A program made the translations under genes and the position numbers. Shown one piece after another: positions 11,142-24,067 of a DNA stretch of 64,000 nucleotides. The DNA is taken from positions 207,452,001 to 207,516,000 of the forward strand of contig OX597814.1 of assembly GCA_951406725.2 (NCBI GenBank), given 5' to 3'. Position 1 is the stretch's first letter. Each line of letters begins with the position of its first letter. Under the pieces are notes generated by a model. It saw nothing but the letters and a program-made list of their open reading frames with translations, had not been told where the DNA came from and did not search any database. The DNA comes from Octopus vulgaris (Eukaryota).

Positions 11142-12781
11142 TTAGAAACATTGTGATTTGGATTTCCTGTGGTGCCCCTGATCTGGTTGATCACAGTAAA
11201 GTGTCCAGCAGTAGCCAGACAGCATACTGTCATTCTAGAAGCCTTGGTACTGTTTCTCGATAGCACTAATGCCCTGGTGAAATCTTTTACCATGTTCATC
11301 AGACACTGTTACAATGTTATCTGCAAAGAAATCCAGATGGGAGCCCAAGGAGTGAACTTTCAGTGACATGCGACAACCCATTGCTAAGTAACATTTTAGA
11401 AGATTCTTGATGCCATCTTTGTATTCGATTGCCTTCTTGTTGCCCAAGAAATTCTCACAGATCCAATTGAAAGCATTCCAGCAGGCAGTTTCAGTTCATC
11501 CAGTGTTGTCCTGAAGTTGACATCTTTGAGTACGTCTCTAATTTGGGGTTCAACAGAGATACCCTCTTTCAACTTCACGTGTGTGATTTTGGGCAACTTT
11601 TTTACAATATACTCAAACCCTCTGGTACTTTTCTTCCCTAGTATCTTTACAAACTGTTTCGTCAGTCCAAATTTTATGAGCAAAGGAGGCGATAGGACAT
11701 TACATGGACGTACAAGAGGTTTATTCTTGATGCTAGACAGTCCTGGCTGGTATGATGTCCTTGTCTGCCAGTTTGATTCCGAATAATGTCTGTCAGTTGC
11801 CCAACTGTCCCATAGACACAAGAAACAACTGTATTTTGTGAAACCTGACTGCATTCCCATTAACAGTCCAATGACTTTTAAATCTCTGCAAATTTCCCAC
11901 TAGTATCTTTCACTGGCAAAGGCATGAAGTAAAAGTTTCATACTCTCATATGATTCATGAAGATGAAAGGAGAGTGCAATAGGAATGGAAGGCTTCATAT
12001 TACCATTATGGAGAAGTACAGCTTTTAAACTTCGTTTTGTAGAGTCAATAAACAAATGCCACGCTGTAGGATCATGATTTTGTGATAAACATTCAAAGTC
12101 CATCATTGTTACTGCAAAAGTAAAGCACACCTTCAACAAAAAAAAATACATTTGTAGCACCACATTTCTCTGCCAGAAATAAGTTATACGAACACCGTGC
12201 TCTAGCAGATACTTCTCCTTAAGTCTTGATGGCAACAGTTCTGCTTTATCTTTTGAGAAGGATAGTTCTCTGACAAGGTCATTCAGTTCAGCTTGGAAAA
12301 ATTTCTGAGGCTCAAAGCTATTGTCATCAGCCATATAATCTTCCTCAGCAGCACTATCGTGACAATCAGCGTCATCATCTGGTGGAACTGGCATTGGCAA
12401 ACTTCCATTGTGAGGTACAGGTCTCATTGCAGAATCCAAATTGGGATACACAATTGTGTGTTTATTCTTCATAGAAAATCTTGTGACATTTACTTTGCAA
12501 AAATAACAGTCATTAAAATGGTCTTTCAGCTCCCTCCATATCATTGGAATGGCAAAAGGCATGGACTTCTTATTATTGAACCAGTTACATAAGCCATTTG
12601 AGCAAGCTGAGCTGATAAAATGTGGTACCCACAACTTTTCCTGATCTCCAAGAGGACAGTCAAAGTATAGCTTATAAATCTTCTTGATCTCTGGTGTTAC
12701 TGTACGTTTTTGAGTTTTCACAATAAATTGTCCACAGACATAACAAAACACATCAAGATTATTTCTACACTGTCTTGACAT
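11142..12781 (-). pseudogene. Chapaev3-type transposase pseudogene (~545 codons)
   Basis: Motifs MSRQCRNNLDVFCYVCG, WVPH, MPFAIPMIWRE..DH..DCYFC, LFIDSTKRSLKAVLLHNGN, GMQSGFTKYSCFLCLWDS, MSLKVHSLGSHLDFF..VSDEHGKRFHQ and YCW. In-frame TAG at 11900 and 11235, plus frameshifts near 11480 and 12095-12145. Confidence 0.88.
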
Positions 12782-13964
12782 TGTTAACACAGTAAAACAA
12801 TTAAGGAAATAGATACAAACGGTTATACTTATACTGAATTTGAGATGATAAAATATCTCATCAGACCAATTATGACTGGACAATTTGAGATGTTGAAATA
12901 CCTATTTCATCAGACAAAATTTGATTGGTTAATTTAAGATGATGAAATATTACATCTGAAATATGCAGCAACGAATAATGTAGTTTATTTTAAAAAGTAT
13001 GTTTCCATGATGTAAATGAAATACATGCATACACATTATTAATTGGAATTTCTATATAATGTATAAGCAAAAACCAAAAACCTTTCTCATCTTGAAAACT
13101 GTATGTGATGTCAAAAAACTAATTGTATATTTGAAATCAGCTTTAAAAACTTCACTAAGTACACCTTGACATATGCTTGATGAAAAATATTTGTTGATCA
13201 TTGTTATCTGAAAAATAAGTATTCTAAGATAAAGATTCTTAAAAGGTGAAACTTCAACTGTGGGAGTTTTCAGTATTTCTATACTGATAAACTGTAGATA
13301 TAAAAAACTGAACTTTACTGATTAATTTTTTGTTAAAACTACTTGATACAACCTTTTGAGAAGTTTCAGGTTCGTAAACTCAAGATATATCTTCAGATTA
13401 TGTACCTAGTATATAGACTAAACAAAGTGAGCACAAAATTCTTTCTCCTGTGACATTCATCCTTGCTTAGTTGTAAATTGCAGCAAACCTATAATCAATA
13501 GTATTCCAGCTATGACCATCCCATCTTTTATACAAACAGGGCATTTAGGATTACACCATTAGCCAACATGCTCTTCCTTAATAAGACAGTAAGTAGGGTA
13601 TGATTTGAAGGAGATTTTGCTGCTATTTCTAACAGACTGAGTAATCACACAGAGCAGGAGTTGGCAACCTTTCTTGTGAAATGGGCCACATGAAATATGG
13701 CTACCACAGGTAGCCCATAACCGATGCGGAGGTTCCTTCATTAGTTTGGTTGGTTTCAGGAGTGCACAAAATTTTATATCTGATCAATCATACATAAACA
13801 TTAATCAATCAATGAAGAAAAGGATGACTGAAAAAGAGAGAGAAAAGTAAAAACTATCTCACATGAAACCCTTTCAATCAGTAATGATTGAATAGATGTA
13901 AAAGGTTTGACTGAACATTAGTATTACTTGTTATGAGCTTGAGTTAAATTATTTGAAGCGATCT

Positions 13965-14271
13965 TCAGACTTTACTTTTACACTCCTGCCTCAACTTTTC
14001 CTGCTTTCATCCAATTCACACATGGACATGCCTACAAAGTCAGAAAACAGCACAGCTCCCATGACTTTCGGAAACATTTTTTCACGCTCAGGGTTGCTGA
14101 AGCGTGGAATAAACTGCCTGCATCAGTTGTTGACTGCCATGACACTGCATCCTTTAAGGCCCTCATGCTTCCCGAAATCCGTCGAAACTACACCTGATTA
14201 TATATACACTTTAGATGAGTTGTAGTGCACCTGAGCACTGTACACAATAATTATTATTATTATTATTATTA
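13965..14271 (+). mobile_element. CR1/L2-clade LINE 3' end
   Basis: Translation HGHAYKVRKQHSSHDFRKHFFTLRVAEAWNKLPASVVDCHDTASFK...* (stop 14195-14197), a short 3' UTR, then an (ATT)n tail. Confidence 0.8.
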
Positions 14272-15107
14272 TAAAACTGCTGTCTTAAAAAGTAAAGATT
14301 CAGATTTTCTTTCCTATTCTGATAGAATAAACCATATCTTTTGATTTCCATTGACCACATCTATTCACATGGTTTTAGTTGATTCAGGGCTATAATAGAA
14401 GACACTTGCCCAAAGTTCCACACAATGGGACTGAACCAAGACCATGTGGTTGGGAAGTAAACACAGCCTTACCGGTACCTACCCATTCCTGAAATTATCA
14501 CATTATTGTTCTACTTCACCTGTGGACAAAAAAACTTAGAGCTTACTACCCAAGATGCTTTCTTGTCCACAGATACTAGGAAACATTTTACATTTTCTTC
14601 ATCCACCCTAACCTTTTTTTCTATTTTCATCTATATAATTCTTTCTTATTTATTTACTGCCCACAAGGGGCTAAACACAGAGGGGACAAACAAGGACAGA
14701 CAAACGGATTAAGTCGATTATATCGACCCCAGTACATAACTGCTACTTATTTAATCGACCCCGAAAGGATGAAAGGCAAAGTCGACCTTATTTCTGTTGT
14801 TGCTGTTGTTTTAGACTCTGAATGAGCAGTATGGTCAAGAGCAATCTAGCCATTTTGCATATAAGAGATATTGTCCAATATGTCCTTCCATTTTTAAGAT
14901 GTTAAGGTGTGATTTCAGGGACATTTGGTTACTTTTCATAGTATTTCAAGAGACTTTATGCAGGCTTTCCTTTTTTGTATGTATGCAGGTCTCTGCATAT
15001 TATGAATTAAAATGACAGAACACTCATAGTTGAATGCTTGTGTATCCTCCTGTAGCTTCAAACATGAAGTGCAATTTTATTTTGGAAAATGTTTACCTTT
15101 GTGCATG

Positions 15108-15143
<36 letters not shown>

Positions 15144-15717
15144 CACGCACACAAAAACGTATTTAGGAAATGAATTCAGGAGTTTGAGGTAGAGAAGCTC
15201 TTCCAGAAGTGAAATAGGATAGAATTTTATTTTTATCACTATACCATCTTGATTTTTATGACTAAACCAACTACGATGTCTCTCTGCTCCCTCAGCCCTA
15301 CCCCTAACAGATACTGCTCTCTGTTCTCTCAGCTTTAGATATACAAGGATTTGATAAACTAGTCTATAAATTAAAACTGATCCCATAAAAACTCAGTGAC
15401 AGGCAGAGTCTGTAACAATGTATATCTTCTTGATAACTTAGTAACTTCTATGTTGGAGTTCTTTGTCTATTTCCTTAACTTCTTAAGAGATTTTAGGTAT
15501 AATTATACTAATCTGTTCTAATTAAATTAAATTCTATGTTTTGTGTAGCTGAGGATTGCTCATTGTTCAATTAAATGGAGTTGTATGAAACGATCATATT
15601 GCATTACCTCTGGATATCCTTGTTGCTTATTTTGATTTTAATCAACTTATTTTGAAATTGTATGAATAATACCGTACTAAATTCTGGTGCCTCAAGTTAC
15701 GTACCATATTCATCTGA

Positions 15718-15767
<50 letters not shown>

Positions 15768-15958
15768 ATACTCTTTTACTTGTTTCAGTTATTTGACTGC
15801 GGCCATGCTGGAGCACCGCCTTTAGTCGAGCAAATCGACCCCGGGACTTATTCTTTGTAAGCCCAGTACTTATTCTATCGGTCCCTTTTGCCGAACCGCT
15901 AAGTGACGGGGACGTAAACACACCAGCATCGGTTGTCGAGCGATGTTGGAGGGGATAA

Positions 15959-16034
<76 letters not shown>

Positions 16035-16048
16035 TTATTTATATACAG

Positions 16049-16099
<51 letters not shown>

Positions 16100-16653
16100 T
16101 AGGACTCGAAACCTTCAAAGGGATGTTTAGCATCTTAGTTCCTGAGGAAACGCCTAATTTGTGATTTCAAAAGGATCATATTTTCCTCAAAGTTATGATG
16201 GAAAAACTCGGATCATATGAATCTTGTGAATTTTTTCGAAGTCCTCTCCCACCCCCGTTGCTTTCCGCACATTTTTGTTTTCAGATTCGTTTCCTACGTG
16301 AGTGTGAAGTAGAAAGATATCCATATTCCTCAAAGTTACGAGAGAAAAACATCGAAGATTTTTCCCCACAAATTTCTTTATAATCGTAATCTATATCGTT
16401 TGAAAGGTATTCATATAAAATTTCATTAAAAAAAAAAAAACAACAAAAAAACACACATTTTCCTAAAAGTTATGAGGGAGAAATATCGGATCTTGTGAAT
16501 TTTCCGAAAGCCTCTCCTCACCCTTCGTTGCTTTCCCGGAAGTTTTGTTTTCATATTCGTTTCCTACAGCTCTTTTTTACACTCGTTGCACTATTATTTT
16601 TTTTTATTGCGTTTCCGGGTAATAATGTCAACATTAAACAAATTTTTTTTATT

Positions 16654-17945
16654 AAGGCGGCGAGGCCTTGTGCCTATAGTAGAAATAATTATTAAGGTGG
16701 CGAGCTGGCAGAAACGTTAGCACGCCAGACGAAATGCTTAGCAGTATTTCATCTGCCGTTACGTTCTGAGTTCAAATTCCGCCGAGGTCGACTTTGCCTT
16801 TCATCCTTTCGGGGTCCATTAAATAAGTACCAGTTACGCACTGGATCGATATTATCGACTTAATCCGTTTGTCCGTCCTTGTTTGTCATCTCTGTGTTTA
16901 GCCCCTTGTGGGTTGTAAAGAAATAGGTATTTCATCTGCCGCTACATTCTGAGTTCAAATTCCGCGGAGGTCGACTTTACCTTTCATCCTTTCGGGGGCG
17001 ATAAATTAAGTACCAGTGAAACATTGAGGTCGATGAAATCAAAGTCCTCTCCCCCAAAATATCAGACTTTGTGCCTGTAATAGAAAAGATCGTTATTAAT
17101 AAGGTGTCAAGCTGGCAGAATCGTTAGCACGCTGGGTGAAATGCTTAGCGGTATTTCGTCTGCCGTTACGTTGTGAGTTCAAATTCCGCCGAGGTCGACT
17201 TTGCCTTTCATCCTTTTGGGGTCAATAAATTAAGTACCAGTTACGCACTGGGGTCAATGTAATCGACTTAATCCGTGTGTCTGTCCTTGTTTGTCCCCTC
17301 TCTGTTTAGCCCCTTGTGGATAGTAAAGAAATAGGTATCTCGTCTGCTGCTACGTTCTGAGTTCAAATTCCGCCGCAGTCGCCTTTGCCTTTTATCCTTT
17401 CGGGTTCGATTAAATAGGTATCAGTTACGCACTGGGATCGATGTAATCGACTTAACCCCTTCCCCCCAATTTAGGGCTTTGTGCTTCCAGTAGAAAGGGT
17501 TGTTATTATTATTATTACTATTAATGCGGTGAGCTGGCATAATCGTTAATATTTCCTCTGTCTCTACGTTTTGCGTTCAAATGCCGCCGAGGTCGACTTC
17601 GCCTTTCATTTTTACGGAGTCAATAAAATAAGTACCAACTGAGCACCGCGGTCGATGTTATCGAAAAGCTCCCTCCTTCCCCACCTCCCTCAAAATTTCA
17701 AGCCTTGTGCCTATGTAAGCTGAAAGAATTAGGATTATAAGTAAAATGCAGTGAGCTGGCAGAGTTGTAAATTCGTTGGAAAAAAAACAAACTACTTGAT
17801 GATTTTTGTTTAAACGCGTTTACATTATGAGTTCAGACCCCACGGTAGTCGACTTTACCTTTTAATCCTTTCGGAATCGATCAAATGAAGTACTAGTTAA
17901 GTCCTTGGTAGATGTAATCGACTAATCCCTCCCACCAAAACTTTA
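16654..17945 (+). repeat. Head-to-tail cluster of SINE family C (Nin-domain-like). Dispersed copies at 14645-14790 (-), 36418-36647, 46965-47170, 47990-48220 (-), 63068-63530, 63560-63770 (-)
   Basis: Repeated ggcgagctggcagaa..gttagc head, gagttcaaattcc B box and ctttcatcctttcggggtcgataaattaagtaccag core. The core resembles the Nin domain of invertebrate SINEs. Confidence 0.85.
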
Positions 17946-18289
17946 GATCTTGAAATTATAAATGAAATTGTTTATTGACGAATTCCCTGTAGTATAATTA
18001 GAACATATTTTCTGAGTAAATCAGAAGAATCCACACTCTCTGTTGGAGCTTATACCGTGTTTTCGATGTTAAATATTTCAATATGCTCATGGTTCAATTA
18101 TCTGCCTCTGTTGATACTGTAGGCGATGGGTGGTAGAATCAGATGAATGTCAGTTGCGCTTTACGATTCGAGTTCATTTCACACCAGGGTCGACATCGCG
18201 TTTTATTCTTCCGTGGCTCGATATGATCTGCTATATTTCTCTCCAAGATGTGTGGGATTGTATTAATATTTAATTCTTGTTATTTAGTC

Positions 18290-18620
18290 GGAAGAATCGG
18301 AGCAGTGGTTATGACCTATGCAAACAGTCCTTAACATGAGACTGACCCAGGTGATATTCAGCTTCAACTTCGCATGGGGGTGTCTTTAGCTAGGTGACTA
18401 AAGAGGGTTTTCCAAGGGGTTACAATGCAGGGAAAGAAATAATCAGAGCCTGAGAAGTGAAACACCATGAAGATAAAGTTAGTCGGAGAAATGGGTTCAC
18501 TCAGAGGGCTTGATGAGAGAGGTAATCTAGCTTGATACTTCAAAGAATTAAAGGACGTTATAGTAGTGCTAGAGTAAGTCGAGAGGAGACAAAGTGTCCA
18601 CGTGCCAATTGTATCATATT
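18290..18620 (-). mobile_element. Highly decayed LINE (L2/CR1/Jockey-like) 3' remnant
   Basis: Minus strand gives YFFPCIVTPWKTL, resembling the 'SFFPRT..WN.L' motif at LINE ORF2 ends. Weak. Confidence 0.3.
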
Positions 18621-19099
18621 GGTAAATATATATTTGCTGAGTTAGTACATCACTATCACACGAGCACAGCTCATATCCAGATACTCACACATGCGCTATA
18701 CAGAAATAGTAGATAAATCTCCCGCATATTACACTAGCTTAAAAACTATAATTATATTTTTTGGTGGGGGATATTCCCAATACAACGAAAAACAGATGGT
18801 CACAGATAAAAAGCTTTTCTTCATTTTAGTTTTTCCAGTCATTATTTCCATCTACAGGTTTTAATCTGTCTTCCTCAGTTCGACTTATTCTTGTTATTGA
18901 TAATATAATAATAATGATGATCCAGGAAACAAAACCTCGGAAAAAGTACTCGAAAACTCAAGTGTCAAAAGTTGAAATCGGTCATTCAGAGTGCGAAAGC
19001 TTGACGTTTAAGCTAACATATGTAAATGTGGACTATAAATGGTGTCACTTCCATGTGTGTGTGGGTGGAGAGAAGGTCAGAGATGACTGTCAAATATTG

Positions 19100-20913
19100 A
19101 AATATTTAACATCGGAAACACGGGAGAAGCGCCAACAGAGAGTGTTGGAGTCTTGGAGGTGAATAAACTGGAAAGAGAGAGAGAGGGAGAAGGAAGGAAA
19201 GAAAAAAAAAAATAAACAAACTGAGTTACCGCCCTTGATTAGTTTTAGCCAACGTTTAGATTATGAGAGGGCGCTGTTTGTATTGTGATGATGCTACAGT
19301 AGTTTCTGCTAAGAGATTCCACGGTGTTATTTCCTACTCCCACCACTACTATTGCTACATCTTGCTTGTCACTCCCATCATCTGAGTCTCTCTCAGATAA
19401 ATATTCTGTTACCAGTGTTGCCTACCATCATTGCAGCCTCAGCAACGCATATATGCATATGTAGCATAGGAGAGAGCGTGTGCGTGTGTGTGTGTGTGAG
19501 CGCTGGCGCGTCACTGATGGACAACTCTACCTGACTTTGGCTTTATTATACAAGAGAAAACGGAAAGGAAGCACCGAGTATATATCTATCTATCGACCTA
19601 TCGATATATATATATCCAAGGAAAAGGAATTACACACAAAAAGGTGGGGGAAGAAGAAAAAAAAACAAGCAACAACTTAAAAAAAAAACGAAGAATAAAA
19701 ATCTACTCAACTCACATGTGGATATGTATCTATATAATACGGATCAACCCTGTTTCAAATCTACGTATGTATACATAATTATAAAGCTATAAATGTGCGT
19801 ATATTGACATATATATATACTATAATCATCATACATTATATTTCTGTTATAAACTAAAGGCTGTCTGCCCTAACTGACAAGCTTGTTGAAGAGTTGTAAT
19901 TAGTCTCTCTGGGAAACTTCATTCAACGAGCAATATAAGACCGGTGGATATTACACTTGGAAACGTCATAGATACTGGTAAACCAATTCCATTTACCCAC
20001 TTACTTGGTTTTTTTCACGATACGGGTGAATACATTTATTGTTTTATTAATCAAATATCACCATTATTCGAATTCTTACAACCCTCAGCATTCTTCCCCT
20101 ATCTCTCTATCTCTCTCTCTCTCTATTTTCTCTCTCTCATTCACTCTCAACTATTTCCTTAATTCTATTTGAATAACCCTTCCAGCTAATTTGGATGTCA
20201 ATGCGTTGTCAAGAGTGAAATTTATAGTAAAAGAAATTGGTTGTTTAGGCGAAGTAAGACTTTTTAATTTTTTTTTTCTTCTTCCAAACACATCTCGTCT
20301 AATCGAAATGCGGTGTGTTCACATTGAACCCTCACACTTTCTATTCTTGTTACCAGCAGCACTGTACCCCCAGCACGAGTGAGTGATGTTTGGTGTGACA
20401 CAGGGCCAAGGGATGGCACCAACAGCACAACCACTGCCGCTACTGCTGCTACACCATATACGACAATTCCGACAGCGACCTCTTATCTTTCGCTACAATC
20501 GTTATCACCAACCGTATATTCGAGTAATTCACAATAATAAGAATAAAAAATACACCACTAACATCGCTTCTACAAAGAGCAACAACACTAATAACACTGC
20601 CAATTGTGTAACTACTACTAAAGTCTTAGCATCTACAGGTACCCGCTTCATATTCGATCTAACTTCATTTGTAACTAACAACAAGAACCAGAACAACAAT
20701 ATTGTTGCTGACAGTTCTGACTTTGGTGCTTTATATTCAATTAGTTCGTCTAAAGCTGAAAACAGTTTATCTTCCTTATCATCATATACAGGGTGGTTAC
20801 AAAATAGGGGATCATCGTGAAGCTAGGAAACACACACACAAGCACGCAGACGTATGAGGCTTAACTAAATATTTGCCCAACTAGATTTCACATAATTCGA
20901 AAACATAAATCAG
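19100..20913 (+). promoter_or_regulatory. Probable promoter and long non-coding first exon of the downstream gene
   Basis: Transposon-free and relatively CpG-retaining stretch directly upstream of the coding exon. Candidate donor CAG|GTAAAA at 20913/20914 and acceptor ccacag| at 21746. Confidence 0.4.
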
Positions 20914-21753
20914 GTAAAAACTCCCAAGAAAACTTTAAAAATTCTCAAACAATTTCATTCATAAACTCTGAAACAAATACAATGTAGTTTTATAACGGAA
21001 AATGAAAATTAGATTAAATTATGGATCCCTTACTTTGTGACCACCCTGATTTTTTCTTTTCGCCCTTGTTTTCTTTGTGTTTGCCCTTATCGTCAACTGC
21101 TAAACTGTAACATGTTTGCCAGTTTTATCACCCATTATCGACTACTTCTCTTTTTACTTCTGTAAACCATGAAATATAAACATAGCTAAAATCCGTGTCC
21201 GTACTATTTCCTCCTTTTGTTTCAATTTTTCGCACCTTAACTGCAAATCATCGGCTCCCCACAATCAACATGGTCAGTGCTTTGCTAATTGTTAATACGT
21301 GATAGTTGTTATATATTATTACAATACTTTTTGCTTGTTAACTTTTTTCATATGTTACTGATAAACACTACAAATATTTCGGTTTAAACTGACAAAAGAA
21401 GCTCCCACTTTTTTCTTATATATTTTTTATTTTGTTTATTACAATTAAACAAATACTTTAAAGGAAAATCTGTTAAGAATTTCTCTTCCGTTGAGAAGAT
21501 TCAGAGTGCGCAAAAAAATCAATAAATTTAGTAAACATACGATTCCGATGAAGATATGTAAATAAACATTTCAGCATTGTACTAGGTCACATTCAAATAG
21601 CTTGTACCTGGCTAAAAAATACCCGGTTCGGGGGAGATATTTTTTTACACTTGATCATTCATACGCGTACGTATATAGACATACATAACGTACTATCATT
21701 TGTTAGTATACACCTTTTTTTTTATAATATAAATTATCTACCACAGGTTTTGG

Positions 21754-24067
21754 ATGTTTGCTCTAACTAGATCGAAGTCAATGTCGAAGAAAACTTCTAA
21801 AACGTCGCCTTCTTCATCACCGCTGTCCTCCGCGGCTGTGGTGAAGGAGGCAACTGACAGTTGGAAAAGCCGTAGTAATCGTAACAATAACAATCGACAC
21901 CATCAGTTACAATATTCAGCCAGTCACTTGGGCTGTAGTACAAGTATAAGCAGTGGTGCTAGTGGTCCCAAGGTAACTAAGAAATCGGCTCACTCAACTG
22001 TTGGTGGCAATCCTACATCTATGACGTCCTCAAAGACTATGATTGATGGCAGCGGTGTGGCAGTTAATGAAGCTAATCTTGGTTTTCTTGGACGGCTGAA
22101 GAGAAAGTTTAGGATCCATACCAACAAAGGTAGTTACAGTCTTTGCCAGGAAAATTTGTCAAACAATAGCCATTATATGGCACGTAGTGAGAGCGAAATA
22201 TATGACAATAATCATCACGCAGGACTTACTTGGAAAGAAACTAAATTACGTTCAGAAAGCTTACCCCGCACACGACAAAACCCGTTTTCGACTGTGAAAA
22301 AGACACCGCATCGGCAGAATTCTTCTTTCTGGGGAAGACATTTCCCAGATAACCAAAATATTGTAGACCCATCATGGCTCACTGAAGAATCCGACGAGGG
22401 GCAGTGTCGCCCATTGTTGAATGAATCAGGTGAAGTAAGGAATGATTTTTTGAGCTTGGATGAGTCTGCAATTGACTTGGATAATGAACCTGCAACTAAC
22501 GATGTCTTGAATGATGAACCAGGTTATGAAAGCTTGGAAGAAATCAAATTAAAAATGCAGTTAAATCAATTAAAACATTCTTCTGTTTCTACTGTTCTTG
22601 AATGCCCTGAAACCCCTGATACAAATGACTTATGCTGCAATGGGGTTTCATTACAAGTTAAGTCCTCCTTGTTATCTTCAGCATTACCAAAGAATGGCCA
22701 GCTCAAAAATGCAGACCATATTAATAAAAACTGTCAGAATGGAACAGATAACATGTGTGAATGTACCAAAAATTTGGAGCTACATCCTGCGGAATGTAAT
22801 AATGATAACAAACTTGTGTACTACTGTGATGAAAGAATGTCACCTCCTCCTGCCTCGTTAGCAGCAACGACACTACAGTCTTTAAATTGTTGCCGTGGTA
22901 GGCAGACAGCAGAGAGTGGTGCATCAAAAATATGTCTGAATTTACCAACTTTGCAATTCTCGTGCCCTTCAAGAAATCCTTCAGTTGATGATACAAGTCC
23001 GGATTCATCTGATCTGTTTTCTGATGAACTCTATGCAAATCCCCAAATCCTTATCCGCAAAAAGTCCCGATCAAAACAATCATTTCAAGAATCTGATCGA
23101 ACAAGTAAAGGTTCTACATATGAAGGAATTGCAACAGGTGCAAGTGATTCAAATGGCAATTCAAAAGAGAACAACGAACAAGACATGTCTCCAAAAGAAA
23201 CACAAACTGACTTGGCACCACCATTGCCTGCTCGAAACTATCGCCCTGATGAGAAAGGAGACCCCGAGAAATGTGAATCCTTTAGCACTTGGTGTAATGA
23301 CTATGCTAAAGGAACCTCAATGGTGGAAAATACATCATCCGGGACACCTTTCTTCAACAACCTGTGTTTACCTGAAACTTCTCTCCCACTGCCTCCCTCA
23401 GATGTTCCTCCCCCACTCCCACCAGATAACCGAAAGTCAGTGTTTGCTGGTAGTAGTAGTTCAAGTGATAAAGTGAGTGCTAATGTGATAAATCCAATGA
23501 CTAAACTTCGGCTGAATGAACAGCCTTCACTGGCAGCATCTTCTTTAGAGCAGTTGTTGCAAGAATCTTCAGTTGCTCCATCTTTTAAACGACGAGTTCT
23601 TGATGAACCAATTCATGCTTCCTTAGAGGAGGTTTTCCCCAGAATGCGGACACAACATAATCCTTGTCGATCAAAATTAACTGCTTCCTGGAATGGGGAG
23701 CGTTTAAATGCCAACACCAGTAATCATTGGGATTTTTTCATGAAGGACAGTCTCCCTAAGTCTTTGTCTTCATCAAAAGTGTTAGATGAACCTATCCATG
23801 CATCATTAGATGAAGTATTTCCTCAAAGAAGGCAGAGGCAAAATACTAAATGGAATAGAAATAGTCTTTCATCATTGAACTGCAATGGCAGACGTTTCCC
23901 TAGTGCTGAGAATAACTGGGAGGTTGTCGTTCAAGAAGGCAGCCCTAATTTATTTGGATGTACCCAGATGTTTCCTAGTGTTAATGGCCTGATCAATCCG
24001 GAGATACCACCACCATTGCCTGCTAAACGGAAAACTAACCAAAGTTGTTTAGGATCCTGCAAATCTG
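21754..24067 (+). CDS. Large first coding exon (771 codons, phase-1 end) of a disordered Ser/Pro-rich signalling adaptor-like protein with PPPLP and Tyr motifs; 3' exons not identified
   Basis: 781-codon stop-free ORF in AT-rich DNA. Acceptor ccacag at 21741-21746 just before the ATG and consensus donor G|GTGAGT at 24067/24068. Motifs APPLPARNY, VPPPLPP, IPPPLPAKRK, EPGYESLEEI, ELYANP. An internal duplicated motif differs almost only at synonymous sites. Confidence 0.88.

Larger units (their letters stand above)
10088..13203 (-). mobile_element. Chapaev3-type (CMC superfamily) DNA transposon, full length, inactivated
   Basis: TTA TSD at 10085-10087 and 13204-13206. Termini TACTGGTCAACAAA and (reverse complement) CAATGATCAACAAA. 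Inverted subterminal GCTGATTTCAAA motifs at both ends. Contains the transposase gene and two nested SINEs. Confidence 0.82.

Noticed and set aside
12782-12883. N-terminal extension of the 327-aa ORF from 12883
   Set aside because: It starts at a non-ATG codon; family-like sequence begins at MSRQC (ATG 12781).
16654-17945. Repeat array as CRISPR-like
   Set aside because: Units are long degenerate SINE copies without unique spacers; eukaryotic context and no cas genes.
22598-23476. Alternate-frame and antisense ORFs inside the large exon
   Set aside because: Shadow ORFs of a real CDS with no independent features.
21754-24067. Assigning a gene symbol such as a SOCS family member
   Set aside because: No diagnostic domain is visible in the window.
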